NCBI GenBank assembly: GCA_963674825.1 | Contig: OY771587.1 | Span: forward strand, 1,376,001-1,440,000 | Source of the DNA: Candidatus Cloacimonadales bacterium | Lineage (GTDB): Bacteria > Cloacimonadota > Cloacimonadia > Cloacimonadales > JAIOQZ01 | DNA: 64,000 nt | Reading direction: 5' to 3' | Shown here: piece after piece, positions 29,846 through 39,065 of the stretch | Numbering within the stretch: the stretch's first letter is position 1 | Layout of the letters: the number at the start of each line of letters is the position of its first letter | Position numbers and translations under genes: made by a program | Notes under the pieces: generated by a model | Told to the model about the DNA's origin: nothing | What the model saw: the letters and a program-made list of their open reading frames with translations, nothing else | Database searches by the model: none

Positions 29846-31402
29846 CTACGTCACTGTAACCATCGGTGTATCTTGAACATAATCCTCAAAATCGATATTG
29901 TCAATTGTACAGTATTTATCCAGCAGTACCTTGATATGCGAAATGGAATCCTCAATTTTATTGAAGTGTTCCACCTGCTTTGGCGTCGGCTCATCGATAC
30001 TCATCATTAATAACTCCGCGCTTCCGCGCGCTACCATCAACGGCTGATTGATCTGATGGTTTGCCGTGACCGCCATTGCCAGCGCTGTGACCTTTCTCTC
30101 CGAATCTCTGAGGTCGTTCTGTGCTGAGACCAGTGCGATGTTCACTTTCCTAAGGTCAGCATTTATCTTCGCCAAAGCTTCATTCTTCTGCCGCTCCAGC
30201 TCAGCTTCGCGTTTCTTTCTTTCGATGGAGTAGATTACTTCGAGTTCTTTCGCACGCTTATCCAAAGCTTCCGTTGCGGTTTCTTCTTTCATTTGATTAT
30301 ATAGCTTATACTTTTCACAGGCCTTCTCGAAATCTTCCATCTTCTCGTAGATCTCAGCTTGAAGTCCAACGCACTGCATAATGTATTTCTTTCTGCCAAT
30401 CTTCTCCGATATCTCGAGCGCTTCATCGTGCATTTTCTGCGCCTCTTCGATATCGCCTTCGTCAATCTTCATCCTTGCAAGAGAACGAAGCTCCCGGGCA
30501 ATATAGTCAACGAGGTTGTTATCACGAGCTTTTTTCAGTGCGATATTTCTGTATTCCCATGCCTTTTCGAGATCTCCATCCCGGAGATAAATCTCCGCCA
30601 GATAGTCATAAGAAATCGTCAGATCGTAGCTATTCTCTGTCTCCAGCATGATCTTGATCGATTCTTCGAGATCTTCGATGCAGCCATCATTTCTTCCTGC
30701 GAGAAATTTAGTGATTCCAAGCTGTGAATAGATAAAGCCCCGGAAACGCTTCTCCCCTGTTTCATCCAGCAATTTCACTGCCCGTTGAAGATATTCGAGC
30801 GCTCTTTCAGGGTCATCTTCCTTGAGGTACGAGCCGATATTTCCGAGCGAGGAGATCATCCCAAGCTTATCATCGATCTCCTCACGAATACGTAACGACA
30901 TCAGATAATTTTCTACGCATTGATCGAACGCGCTGAGTTTGAGGTAGATATTGCCAGTATTATTATAACAAAACGCAAGACGAGGCTTGTCGCCAAGCTT
31001 GATAAAAGCATCCCGAATCTCGTGTTGCATATCCAGGGCTTCTGCATATTCGCCTTGCATGGTCTTTATTGCTGCGATGTTGCTCATGTTTGTGGCAACT
31101 TCTTCGAGCTTGTCGAGCTCTTGCGCGATCGTCAAAGATTGATTGTAGTAATCGACCGCCTCGTCAAACTTACCTTGCAAGTGGTAAGTAATCCCCATAC
31201 GATTCAAAAAACGCGATTCGAGGCCTCGTTCACCCATTTCGCGCGATAACGCAAGCCCTTCCAGGGCATAATCTCTCGCCTCGGATGGCTTCGCGCGGAA
31301 ACGTAAGTCGGTGATCTTGATCAGACATTCAAGCCTTTCGATACCTGTTAAATGCGGTAAACTGGCAAGCAGATGCTCAAAACTCGGTCTTTCTCCGTTC
31401 AT
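29846..31402 (-). CDS. TPR protein with coiled coil and HisKA-like H-box, no HATPase domain
   Basis: N-terminal TPR array; AVTANHQINQPL; protein ends about 70 aa after the His. Confidence 0.78.
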   Translation of the reverse strand: MNGERPSFEHLLASLPHLTGIERLECLIKITDLRFRAKPSEARDYALEGLALSREMGERGLESRFLNRMGITYHLQGKFDEAVDYYNQSLTIAQELDKLEEVATNMSNIAAIKTMQGEYAEALDMQHEIRDAFIKLGDKPRLAFCYNNTGNIYLKLSAFDQCVENYLMSLRIREEIDDKLGMISSLGNIGSYLKEDDPERALEYLQRAVKLLDETGEKRFRGFIYSQLGITKFLAGRNDGCIEDLEESIKIMLETENSYDLTISYDYLAEIYLRDGDLEKAWEYRNIALKKARDNNLVDYIARELRSLARMKIDEGDIEEAQKMHDEALEISEKIGRKKYIMQCVGLQAEIYEKMEDFEKACEKYKLYNQMKEETATEALDKRAKELEVIYSIERKKREAELERQKNEALAKINADLRKVNIALVSAQNDLRDSERKVTALAMAVTANHQINQPLMVARGSAELLMMSIDEPTPKQVEHFNKIEDSISHIKVLLDKYCTIDNIDFEDYVQDTPMVTVT

Positions 31403-31405
31403 TTG

Positions 31406-31822
31406 CTACCTCGTTTTTCTAAGAGCCCAGTATTTTATCCCGATAAAATTGATGATAACTACGATTGGAACCACAAAAAACGCAAGCCAGAAGGGATCGA
31501 TATCGATAAGTTGATGAAGCAGCATAATGCCGCCCTGACCCACGAGAAGGCTTGTCAGATATACAACCACGTATTTCTTGAATCGCCTTCTGAACTCCAG
31601 CTTCTGTTCAGGCTTGAATACCCATAAGAAGTTGATGACATAGGTCATGATGACGCCGCAAAACCACGAAAGCGGGTACGCGACAAGATAGCTCATCGAC
31701 AGCGGCTTAAGAAGAATCCAGTACAACACGAATGTGAAGGCTGCATTCAATGCTCCAACAAGAACAAACTTCGTCAGATGCACGTAGAAATCGCGATCGA
31801 AAAACTTCTTCAGCCCGTTCAT
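31406..31822 (-). CDS. GtrA-family lipid-linked sugar flippase
   Basis: KFVLVGALN and NFLWVF; four TM segments; 138 aa. Confidence 0.88.
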   Translation of the reverse strand: MNGLKKFFDRDFYVHLTKFVLVGALNAAFTFVLYWILLKPLSMSYLVAYPLSWFCGVIMTYVINFLWVFKPEQKLEFRRRFKKYVVVYLTSLLVGQGGIMLLHQLIDIDPFWLAFFVVPIVVIINFIGIKYWALRKTR

Positions 31823-32763
31823 TTTGCCTCGTGTTCGCGAATCCAGTTGAACGTCCGTTCCAGCCCGGTACGCAAGTCAACCGAGGGGCGCCACCCGGTC
31901 AGTTCCGTCATCTTCTCAATGCTGGCAAAGAAGCGCATCGGCTCATCATCGCGGTATGGCTTTGCGCCAAACTGTAGAAACTCTTCCGGCGCGTTGGTCA
32001 TCTGGAAGATCGTCCTTGCGATATCCCGCACCATATGTTCCTCACCGCAGGCAAGGTTCACAACGTCGCCCATCTCAAATTTCTCCCTGTTCTCCATAAT
32101 CGCAAGGTAACCGCGCGCAACATCCTCCACATGGATCGGGTCGCGGGTCTGCTCACCGGGGGTAAGTTGTAGCGGTTTTCTTTCGATCGCGGCTTTCATG
32201 AGCGATGGGATCAGCATCGAACCGGCCTGCATCTCGCCATAAACCAGAAATGGACGCACTGTCACCACATTCGTTGCGGTAGATTGCGCGAACATCCGTG
32301 CAAACTGCGTGGTGGCAAGCTTGCAGGTTCCGTAAGGCGATGTGGGCATCTCGCGCATATGCTCATCAAACGGCGCGGTGTTGCCACCGTATTCGTCGCT
32401 GGAACCCGTATTGATGACAAGCGCACAGCCCGATTTCACGCAGGCTTGTAAGAGATTCACGGTACCGATGAGATTGATTCGGATAAGCTCAGGAGTAATC
32501 CCGATATCGCGGGATGTATCGACCATCGCAGCTGTATGGATAACGAATTGCGGCTGAATATGTTGGATCAGGAAATCAACCTGTGCTTTATTGGTAATAT
32601 CGATGTAGTGTATGGGGATATCGAGGTTCTCAATGCGCCAGTTGAAGCGGTCGTCGAGTGCAACGCCCGTTACTTTGTAGCCTATTCGGACAAGCAACGA
32701 CGCGATGTGCGACCCGATGAAGCCGTTCACACCGGTGATCAGAACGGTGTTATTCCTCATCAT
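31819..32763 (-). CDS. NAD-dependent epimerase/4-ketoreductase (CDP-abequose/paratose synthase-like)
   Basis: GVNGFIG, GSSDEYG, YGTCK and GEQTRDPIHV; directly downstream of rfbG. Confidence 0.8.
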   Translation of the reverse strand: MMRNNTVLITGVNGFIGSHIASLLVRIGYKVTGVALDDRFNWRIENLDIPIHYIDITNKAQVDFLIQHIQPQFVIHTAAMVDTSRDIGITPELIRINLIGTVNLLQACVKSGCALVINTGSSDEYGGNTAPFDEHMREMPTSPYGTCKLATTQFARMFAQSTATNVVTVRPFLVYGEMQAGSMLIPSLMKAAIERKPLQLTPGEQTRDPIHVEDVARGYLAIMENREKFEMGDVVNLACGEEHMVRDIARTIFQMTNAPEEFLQFGAKPYRDDEPMRFFASIEKMTELTGWRPSVDLRTGLERTFNWIREHEAK

Positions 32764-33817
32764 CTCGCAGTTCGCAATACTTCCTGAGTTGGTTGAGACT
32801 TAGCTGATAATCCGGTTTCTCTTCTCGATACCATTCTACCGTGAACTGAACCGTCTGATTGAAGTTGAGAACCGGCTTCCAGTTCAAGAGCGTTCGTGCT
32901 TTCGTAATGTCCAGCGAAAGCAGCTTCGCTTCGTGGGAAATCTCGCGATTCGCCATGCTCATATCGATATCGCCGTGCCCCCAGATTCGGATCATAACTT
33001 CCGCCAAGTGTTGCACGGTGACGATATTTTCCGGATCAGGCCCGAAGTTCCAGGCATCTGCGAAGTGGTCTTCGCCATTGTGCAGTCTCATGGCAAGCGT
33101 AAGATAACCGTGCAGCGGCTCAAGAACATGCTGCCAGGGCCTTGTCGAGAATGGTGAACGAATCGGAATCGGTTTGCCTTCTCTGAGGCTGCGGATACAA
33201 TCGGGGATAAGCCGGTAATGCTGAAAATCTCCACCGCCGATCACGTTTCCCGCACGTACGGTTGCGAGGTTCTTGTTCCAGCCACGCATGAAAGAATCGC
33301 GCCATGATCGCGTTAGAATCTCGCAGCACGCTTTGCTCGCGCTGTAGGGGTCTCTGCCACCAAGGGGATCCATCTCGCGGTAACTCCACATCTGCTCTCG
33401 GTTCTCGTAGCATTTATCGGAGGTGATAATGAGTATTGTTTGCACTGATTCGGTAATCCTGCAGCACTCGAGCAAGTTAACAGTTCCCATGACGTTCGTC
33501 TCGATGGTCTCGCGTGGTTCGTCGTACGATTCCAAAACGATCGGCTGTGCTGCGAGGTGGAAGACGATTTCGGGTTGAAATTCGGTGAAAACGCGTTCGA
33601 GATGCTCGATGTCGCGGATATCGCCGATCACGTGCTTCACCCGGGATTCGAGATTGCAGGCGATAAAATGGTCGTCGGGCGTTTTGGGTGCAAGCGCATA
33701 GCCAAGCACATCCGCACCGATTTCGTGTAACCACAGGCTCAGCCAGGAACCCTTGAAGCCGGTGTGACCGGTAATAAGGACTCTCTTGCCTTTATAAACG
33801 TTATTGAACGTGATCAT
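32750..33817 (-). CDS. rfbG: CDP-glucose 4,6-dehydratase
   Basis: GHTGFKGSWL, HLAAQP, TSDKCY, RAGNVIGGGD and RPWQHVLEPL; start reset to ATG 33817. Confidence 0.95.
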   Translation of the reverse strand: MITFNNVYKGKRVLITGHTGFKGSWLSLWLHEIGADVLGYALAPKTPDDHFIACNLESRVKHVIGDIRDIEHLERVFTEFQPEIVFHLAAQPIVLESYDEPRETIETNVMGTVNLLECCRITESVQTILIITSDKCYENREQMWSYREMDPLGGRDPYSASKACCEILTRSWRDSFMRGWNKNLATVRAGNVIGGGDFQHYRLIPDCIRSLREGKPIPIRSPFSTRPWQHVLEPLHGYLTLAMRLHNGEDHFADAWNFGPDPENIVTVQHLAEVMIRIWGHGDIDMSMANREISHEAKLLSLDITKARTLLNWKPVLNFNQTVQFTVEWYREEKPDYQLSLNQLRKYCELRDDEE

Positions 33818-34596
33818 GCCTTGTCCTTCCACACTTTCCAGAATGCACGATCGTTCTTCCAGAGCCTGTTCAGATGCACCAAATCGCGCTCCGTGTCCAG
33901 GCATTCCCAGTTGCCGTCGTGCTTGTAAACCATCACTTCACCGGCCGCAACCAGCTCGTCCATCGGCCCGATCTCGAAATCGCAAGACTCGTCCTCGGTG
34001 AGGTAATTGAGCAGTTCGCGGTTGAACACCATATAGCCGCCGTTGATGTAGCCTTCGGAAGCTTTCGTCTTTTCCTCGAACGATACCACCCGGCCATCCT
34101 TTTCGATCATCGCGCCAAACCGTGCCGGCGGATGAACGCCGCTGATGGTGAGAATCTTGCCATGCGATTTATGGAACTCGACCAGCTTGTTGATATCGAT
34201 GTCGCATACGCCGTCGCCGTAGGTGACCATGTTCACGTCGTCGAGATACGATTCCAGCCGCTTGATGCGAGCGCCTTTGAGTGCGTCCAGCCCGGTATCG
34301 ACCAGCGTAACCTTCCAGTTGAGCTCGTGGTAGCGGTTGTGGATCTCGATCTTGCCCGTTCCGAGGTCGATGGAGAAGTCGTTGTTGAAAATCTGATGGC
34401 TGAAGAAGTACTGCTTGATCACCTCGGCCTTGTAGCCCAGGCTGAAGATGAAATCGTTGTAGCCGTAGTGGTCGTAGATCTTCAGGATGTGCCACAGGAT
34501 GGGGTAGTTACCGATCTTCACCATGGGTTTCGGAATCGCCTCGGTGATGTTCCCCAAACGCGTACCGTAGCCGCCGGCGAGAATTATCGTCTTCAA
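33814..34596 (-). CDS. rfbF: Glucose-1-phosphate cytidylyltransferase
   Basis: LAGGYGTRL, PKPMV, TYGDG, INGG and WECLDT; TTG start. Confidence 0.95.
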   Translation of the reverse strand: MKTIILAGGYGTRLGNITEAIPKPMVKIGNYPILWHILKIYDHYGYNDFIFSLGYKAEVIKQYFFSHQIFNNDFSIDLGTGKIEIHNRYHELNWKVTLVDTGLDALKGARIKRLESYLDDVNMVTYGDGVCDIDINKLVEFHKSHGKILTISGVHPPARFGAMIEKDGRVVSFEEKTKASEGYINGGYMVFNRELLNYLTEDESCDFEIGPMDELVAAGEVMVYKHDGNWECLDTERDLVHLNRLWKNDRAFWKVWKDKA

Positions 34597-34886
34597 ATCG
34601 CGCTCCTCACTTGCTTATAATCTTTCATCGTGAACTCTCCGATTGCGGTTTGATTTGTCAAGGATAATGACGATCCGTGCTTACTTGCATTGGGCGATTG
34701 TTTCTTATTTTATAGCCGTTGGATGATGATTCTCATCATCTTTACTTCAAAACAGTCTCGGGCACTCTAGACAACAAGATTGGTTATTACCGAGACAAGA
34801 GACCCGATGACATTTTCCACGAAATCATTGACATCCTTTCACGTTATGGATAGGAAGAAAACATATCGATCACAAGGGATACGCGA

Positions 34887-37800
34887 ATGAAATACAAAAT
34901 CGTACTGGCTTTACTGATACTGGCCTCCGCCATATGGGGCAACTACAAGGAAAACTTCGACTTCGGCGTTCGCATGTACGGCGACGGTCTTTACGAAGAA
35001 GCCATCCGCATCTTTGAAGATGTGATGCACGATGCGCCTACCTCCAGCGAAGCGGAAGAATCGCTCTTCTACATCGGCGAATGCCTGCGTCAGCAAGGAC
35101 AACTCCGTGAAGCCGAGAATCGCTTCAAGCAGCTCTACGAGAACTTCCCACAGAGCTCGAAGCGCGACCGCGCTCTTTACCATTTCGCATTGGTTCAGCA
35201 CATGCAGAAGCGCTACGCGGAAGCGGCGAAGTCATTCGATCAACTGATCGCGCAATATCCGCTCTCAGACTATACCCGGCAAGCGCTGGTTATCTACATC
35301 GAGGGACTCTACGACAGCGGTATGGACAACCAGGTCATCACCCGAGCCGACGAATTCATCGATAACTACCCCGAAAACCCCGATCAGGCGCAAATTCTCC
35401 TGATCTCGGCTAAATCCCTGCTCCGTAGCAAAGCAACCGGCGAGGCACGCAAGCGGCTGGACCGCATCATCAAGGACTTCCCGAATCACGACGCCCGTTG
35501 GGAGGCCTACGGCATCCAGCTCAACGCGATGGTGCGTGAAGACGGTACTCAGAAGGCTATCGCGTCGTTGTTCGCAACCCTCTCCGATGACGTTCCGCGA
35601 AAACACGAGGAACAGCTTCGATTCCGCCTGGTACGCTACTATTTCGACACGCTGGACTACGCCAGTGCCTATCGCGAACTGGAAACACTGACGAGTCGCT
35701 TCGATCAGTCCGCAAATTTGGACGAATACATCACTTGGCTTACCCGAAGTCGGCTGGAACTGGGTAAATACCGCGAAATCCTAAACAATGCCGAAGGGTA
35801 CGCGAAGGTCTTCAAGGAAAGTCCGCTCAAACTGCGTCAGGAATACTACACTATCCGTGCGCAGTATCTCAGCGGAAGCTACGATCAGGCCGAGCAGGAG
35901 GCCGACAAGCTGCTACTCAAGACCCGTAGCGACAGCCTGCAATACGATATTCACTATCTCATCGCCGACATCCATCGCGACATGGGACGGTTCAACGACG
36001 CCATCCGCGACTACCTGCTCTTGATTAACCGTTACCCGCAATTCGGTCAGACGGATCGCATCAATATGCAACTCGGCGACATCTACTTTGAAAACTTCCA
36101 GGAATACGGCACCGCGTTGCGTTACTACCGGCAAGTAGCCTCAGGAAGCGACGACTTCACCCTGCAAAACCGCGCGCTACGTCGCATGGCGCTCTGCTAC
36201 GAACAACAGGAACGCTATCAGGACGCCGTCGATGCACTGGAGCAGATCAACCTGCAAATGCTGAGTAAAACAGACCGGTTCGAGGTGGAAAACCGCATCG
36301 AATACCTGATTCGCTACCGTATAACCGATTACCGGGCAGCCTTCTCCAACATGCTTCTGGCCATGAACCAATACCTGCAAACCGAGGACAAGACAGCGCT
36401 ACGTAACAGCATGGGGCAAATCCTTGCAATGGATGTCAAAGACATCGACCAAGCGCTGGCGCTGACTCGTAATCCGCAAAAAATCTCCGAAGCATACGCT
36501 CGCGCTAAAATCCTGCTTCAGCTCTACGACCGTAAGCTTCGTGAAAACGACACCGCGGCCCTCGCTTCCATCTCTGCCCAAATCGACAGCGTTCGCATGA
36601 TCGTGATGGCGTCATCGGATCTTCGCAATACGCAGGAAATCGACATTGAGATGGATTATCTGAAGTCCACACGCAAACCCGACGACCAGCTTTTAACCCG
36701 CATGCAAGACTTCATCCGCATGTTCCCCGATGCATCCGCAGCGCAGTGGATGAGGCTCTCAGCCGCAAACGCTCTCTTCACCCGAGGTGATACACTCAAG
36801 GCAATAGACTATCTGGATGCACTCCAGAACGATCCGTCCGTTGGAATTCTCCAATTCAAAGAAGCGAAAAAAGTCGCGGCCGAATATTACTACAAGCACG
36901 ATCAATTTGACAAGGCGATCAGCAACTACCGGCTGGCAGCCGATCGCATCGATATCGGCGCACCACAGACGCTCTATCGCTTCGCCATGGCGCTCGGGAA
37001 GATCGGCGAAACCGAAGAATCGCTCCAGAAAATGGCCTTCCTGATCAACAACAGTAACGGTTTCCCGCAATACGAAGCGGCGATCGAATATGTCGCCCAA
37101 CAATACCGCGCTCGCGGTGACAACCAGTCCGCGCTCAAGTACCTGCTCCTGACTCCGGAAGCTGGTCGAAACGACGAATTTTACCTGCTGCTCAGCGATA
37201 CCTATCTCGATCTGCACGACAAAACCAAAGCCAAGGAATCGTTGATGCATATCGAGAACAAGGATGTCCCGACCCTGAGAAATCTTGCAAAATTACAGAT
37301 GGAAACCGGTGATGAAGCTTTCGCGAACTACACCCTCGAACAGTTGATCGACAAAGACGCCGTCAACGCGTGGAAGTACCAGGCGAATATCGGCGCAATC
37401 GCGTACAAGGTGGAGGACTACCGTAAGGCATCTTCGGCGTTCGACAAGCTCTTCGTGAAAGGTGACCAGGATATCAAAGCGCTCGTGGAACAGGAAGCAA
37501 CTGATTACATTCTCATGGCGGTCATCAGCGCGTACCGGATCGAGAATCGACCCAAGGCCGAAAAGCTCTACGACCGCTTCGAAAAGGATATCGAGGCAAC
37601 TCCGAGCCGCGAAGCGGAAATTCGGCTTAACGAAGGTATCTATTATGTTGGAATGGATGCGGGTAAGGCTGAAAGCATCCTTGGCAAGCTCATCAAACGC
37701 GATGATACGCCTACCGACATCAAGGCACAGGCATATCTGTGGCGGGGAACCGCAAACATCAAGCGTAAGAAAGATGACGACGCCAAAGCCGACCTCGATA

Positions 37801-38426
37801 AAGCCATCAGTATCGGCTCCAGCGAGGTCAAAAAGCAGGCCAACTTCAAGCTGGGCAATCTGCTTTTCACCACTGAAGACTACGAAAACGCCCTCACCCG
37901 CTACTATTATGTGATCGAAAACGACTCCACCGGAACACTAGCCAAAGACGCGGCGCGCAATTTCGCGCTGGTCTGCAAGGCGATCGGCGAATGGGAAAAA
38001 GCAGTCAGCGCGTATGAGATTATCCTCGAGCGATGGGGTGACCAGGATATGCAGGCCGAAACCTTGTTCGACATCGGCTATTGCTACTACCGCGACCGTA
38101 AATATAATCGCGCGGTGGAAACCTTCCAGAAGGCGATTCCCATCCTTGAAAATCCTGAGATGAAGGCTGAAGCGCAGTACTGGATTGGGCAATCGTATTT
38201 CGATGATGAAGCCTGGGAATCAGCAGTCACCGCCTGGCTGCGCGTGAGTTATAATTACCCCAACATCACCCAATGGGCAGCAGTGTCCGAGCTCAAATCC
38301 GGCGAGGCGTATCTGATGATGCGAAACATAGAGAAAGCGCGGTTGATTTTCGAGAAGGTCGTGCAGAAATATGGAGCCGGAAGCGATTGGGGCAAGGAAG
38401 CCGCAAAGAAGCTGAAAGAAATATAG
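34887..38426 (+). CDS. Large exported TPR protein (BamD/CpoB-like repeats)
   Basis: Signal peptide; repeated TPR pairs ending in YP/FP motifs (NFPQS, QYPLS, NYPEN). Confidence 0.8.
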   Translation: MKYKIVLALLILASAIWGNYKENFDFGVRMYGDGLYEEAIRIFEDVMHDAPTSSEAEESLFYIGECLRQQGQLREAENRFKQLYENFPQSSKRDRALYHFALVQHMQKRYAEAAKSFDQLIAQYPLSDYTRQALVIYIEGLYDSGMDNQVITRADEFIDNYPENPDQAQILLISAKSLLRSKATGEARKRLDRIIKDFPNHDARWEAYGIQLNAMVREDGTQKAIASLFATLSDDVPRKHEEQLRFRLVRYYFDTLDYASAYRELETLTSRFDQSANLDEYITWLTRSRLELGKYREILNNAEGYAKVFKESPLKLRQEYYTIRAQYLSGSYDQAEQEADKLLLKTRSDSLQYDIHYLIADIHRDMGRFNDAIRDYLLLINRYPQFGQTDRINMQLGDIYFENFQEYGTALRYYRQVASGSDDFTLQNRALRRMALCYEQQERYQDAVDALEQINLQMLSKTDRFEVENRIEYLIRYRITDYRAAFSNMLLAMNQYLQTEDKTALRNSMGQILAMDVKDIDQALALTRNPQKISEAYARAKILLQLYDRKLRENDTAALASISAQIDSVRMIVMASSDLRNTQEIDIEMDYLKSTRKPDDQLLTRMQDFIRMFPDASAAQWMRLSAANALFTRGDTLKAIDYLDALQNDPSVGILQFKEAKKVAAEYYYKHDQFDKAISNYRLAADRIDIGAPQTLYRFAMALGKIGETEESLQKMAFLINNSNGFPQYEAAIEYVAQQYRARGDNQSALKYLLLTPEAGRNDEFYLLLSDTYLDLHDKTKAKESLMHIENKDVPTLRNLAKLQMETGDEAFANYTLEQLIDKDAVNAWKYQANIGAIAYKVEDYRKASSAFDKLFVKGDQDIKALVEQEATDYILMAVISAYRIENRPKAEKLYDRFEKDIEATPSREAEIRLNEGIYYVGMDAGKAESILGKLIKRDDTPTDIKAQAYLWRGTANIKRKKDDDAKADLDKAISIGSSEVKKQANFKLGNLLFTTEDYENALTRYYYVIENDSTGTLAKDAARNFALVCKAIGEWEKAVSAYEIILERWGDQDMQAETLFDIGYCYYRDRKYNRAVETFQKAIPILENPEMKAEAQYWIGQSYFDDEAWESAVTAWLRVSYNYPNITQWAAVSELKSGEAYLMMRNIEKARLIFEKVVQKYGAGSDWGKEAAKKLKEI

Positions 38427-38491
38427 TTACGAGTTTGAATGCAGGGGTGCAACATCTCCCTGATGCGCGTTTACGATATCAAGCTAATAGA

Positions 38492-38509
38492 GGAGCGCCG
38501 TAGCGCTCC
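38492..38509. terminator. Hairpin between convergent genes
   Basis: GGAGCGC-CGTA-GCGCTCC; no clear T-run. Confidence 0.4.
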
Positions 38510-38520
38510 CCATAACACGC

Positions 38521-38829
38521 CTACCAGACTTCGAAATACATCGTCGTAGTGGGTAAGGTCCCCATCACGGTCGCATGTCCTGACCTACCGTCTTCCGTTC
38601 GGGCTTCGGCGTATACCCAGAATGGATCCGTCGGTGGCGTTGTGAAACCTTCGAATCTGTAAGTTCCGGGAATTTCAGCCCTGATTGATTGGGTCTCGGA
38701 ACCAACCGTAACGGAAATAGCGCCTCTGACACCAACCATGTCCGGACCAACGGTTACAATAACATCAAGAGAATTGAGAGCGGCAGCTGCAATGAATAGT
38801 GCAATGATGAGTAAGTAGCGAGTTTTCAT
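38521..38829 (-). CDS. Small secreted hypothetical protein
   Basis: AAGGAGG RBS; signal peptide MKTRYLLIIALFIAAAALNS. Confidence 0.65.
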   Translation of the reverse strand: MKTRYLLIIALFIAAAALNSLDVIVTVGPDMVGVRGAISVTVGSETQSIRAEIPGTYRFEGFTTPPTDPFWVYAEARTEDGRSGHATVMGTLPTTTMYFEVW

Positions 38830-39005
38830 GAGAACCTCCTTACGTTTGATACATATAAATTACGCTAATAAACCACTAAATGACAAATAAAAAATATTTT
38901 GTGCAGCATTTTTGTTATATTAAGAAGTAATACCGGTATTGTTATAAGCGAATTATCTCGCGATATGCATAATTAACGAAAATACACGTATGGACGCTTG
39001 CATAC

Positions 39006-39034
39006 AAAAAAAGGGCAATCGTAGTGGATTGCCC
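39006..39034 (-). terminator. Intrinsic terminator after purL
   Basis: GGGCAATC/GATTGCCC stem with a T7 run on the minus strand. Confidence 0.75.
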
Positions 39035-39065
39035 CATTATAGAAACAGGCTGATGCCCTGATTAC

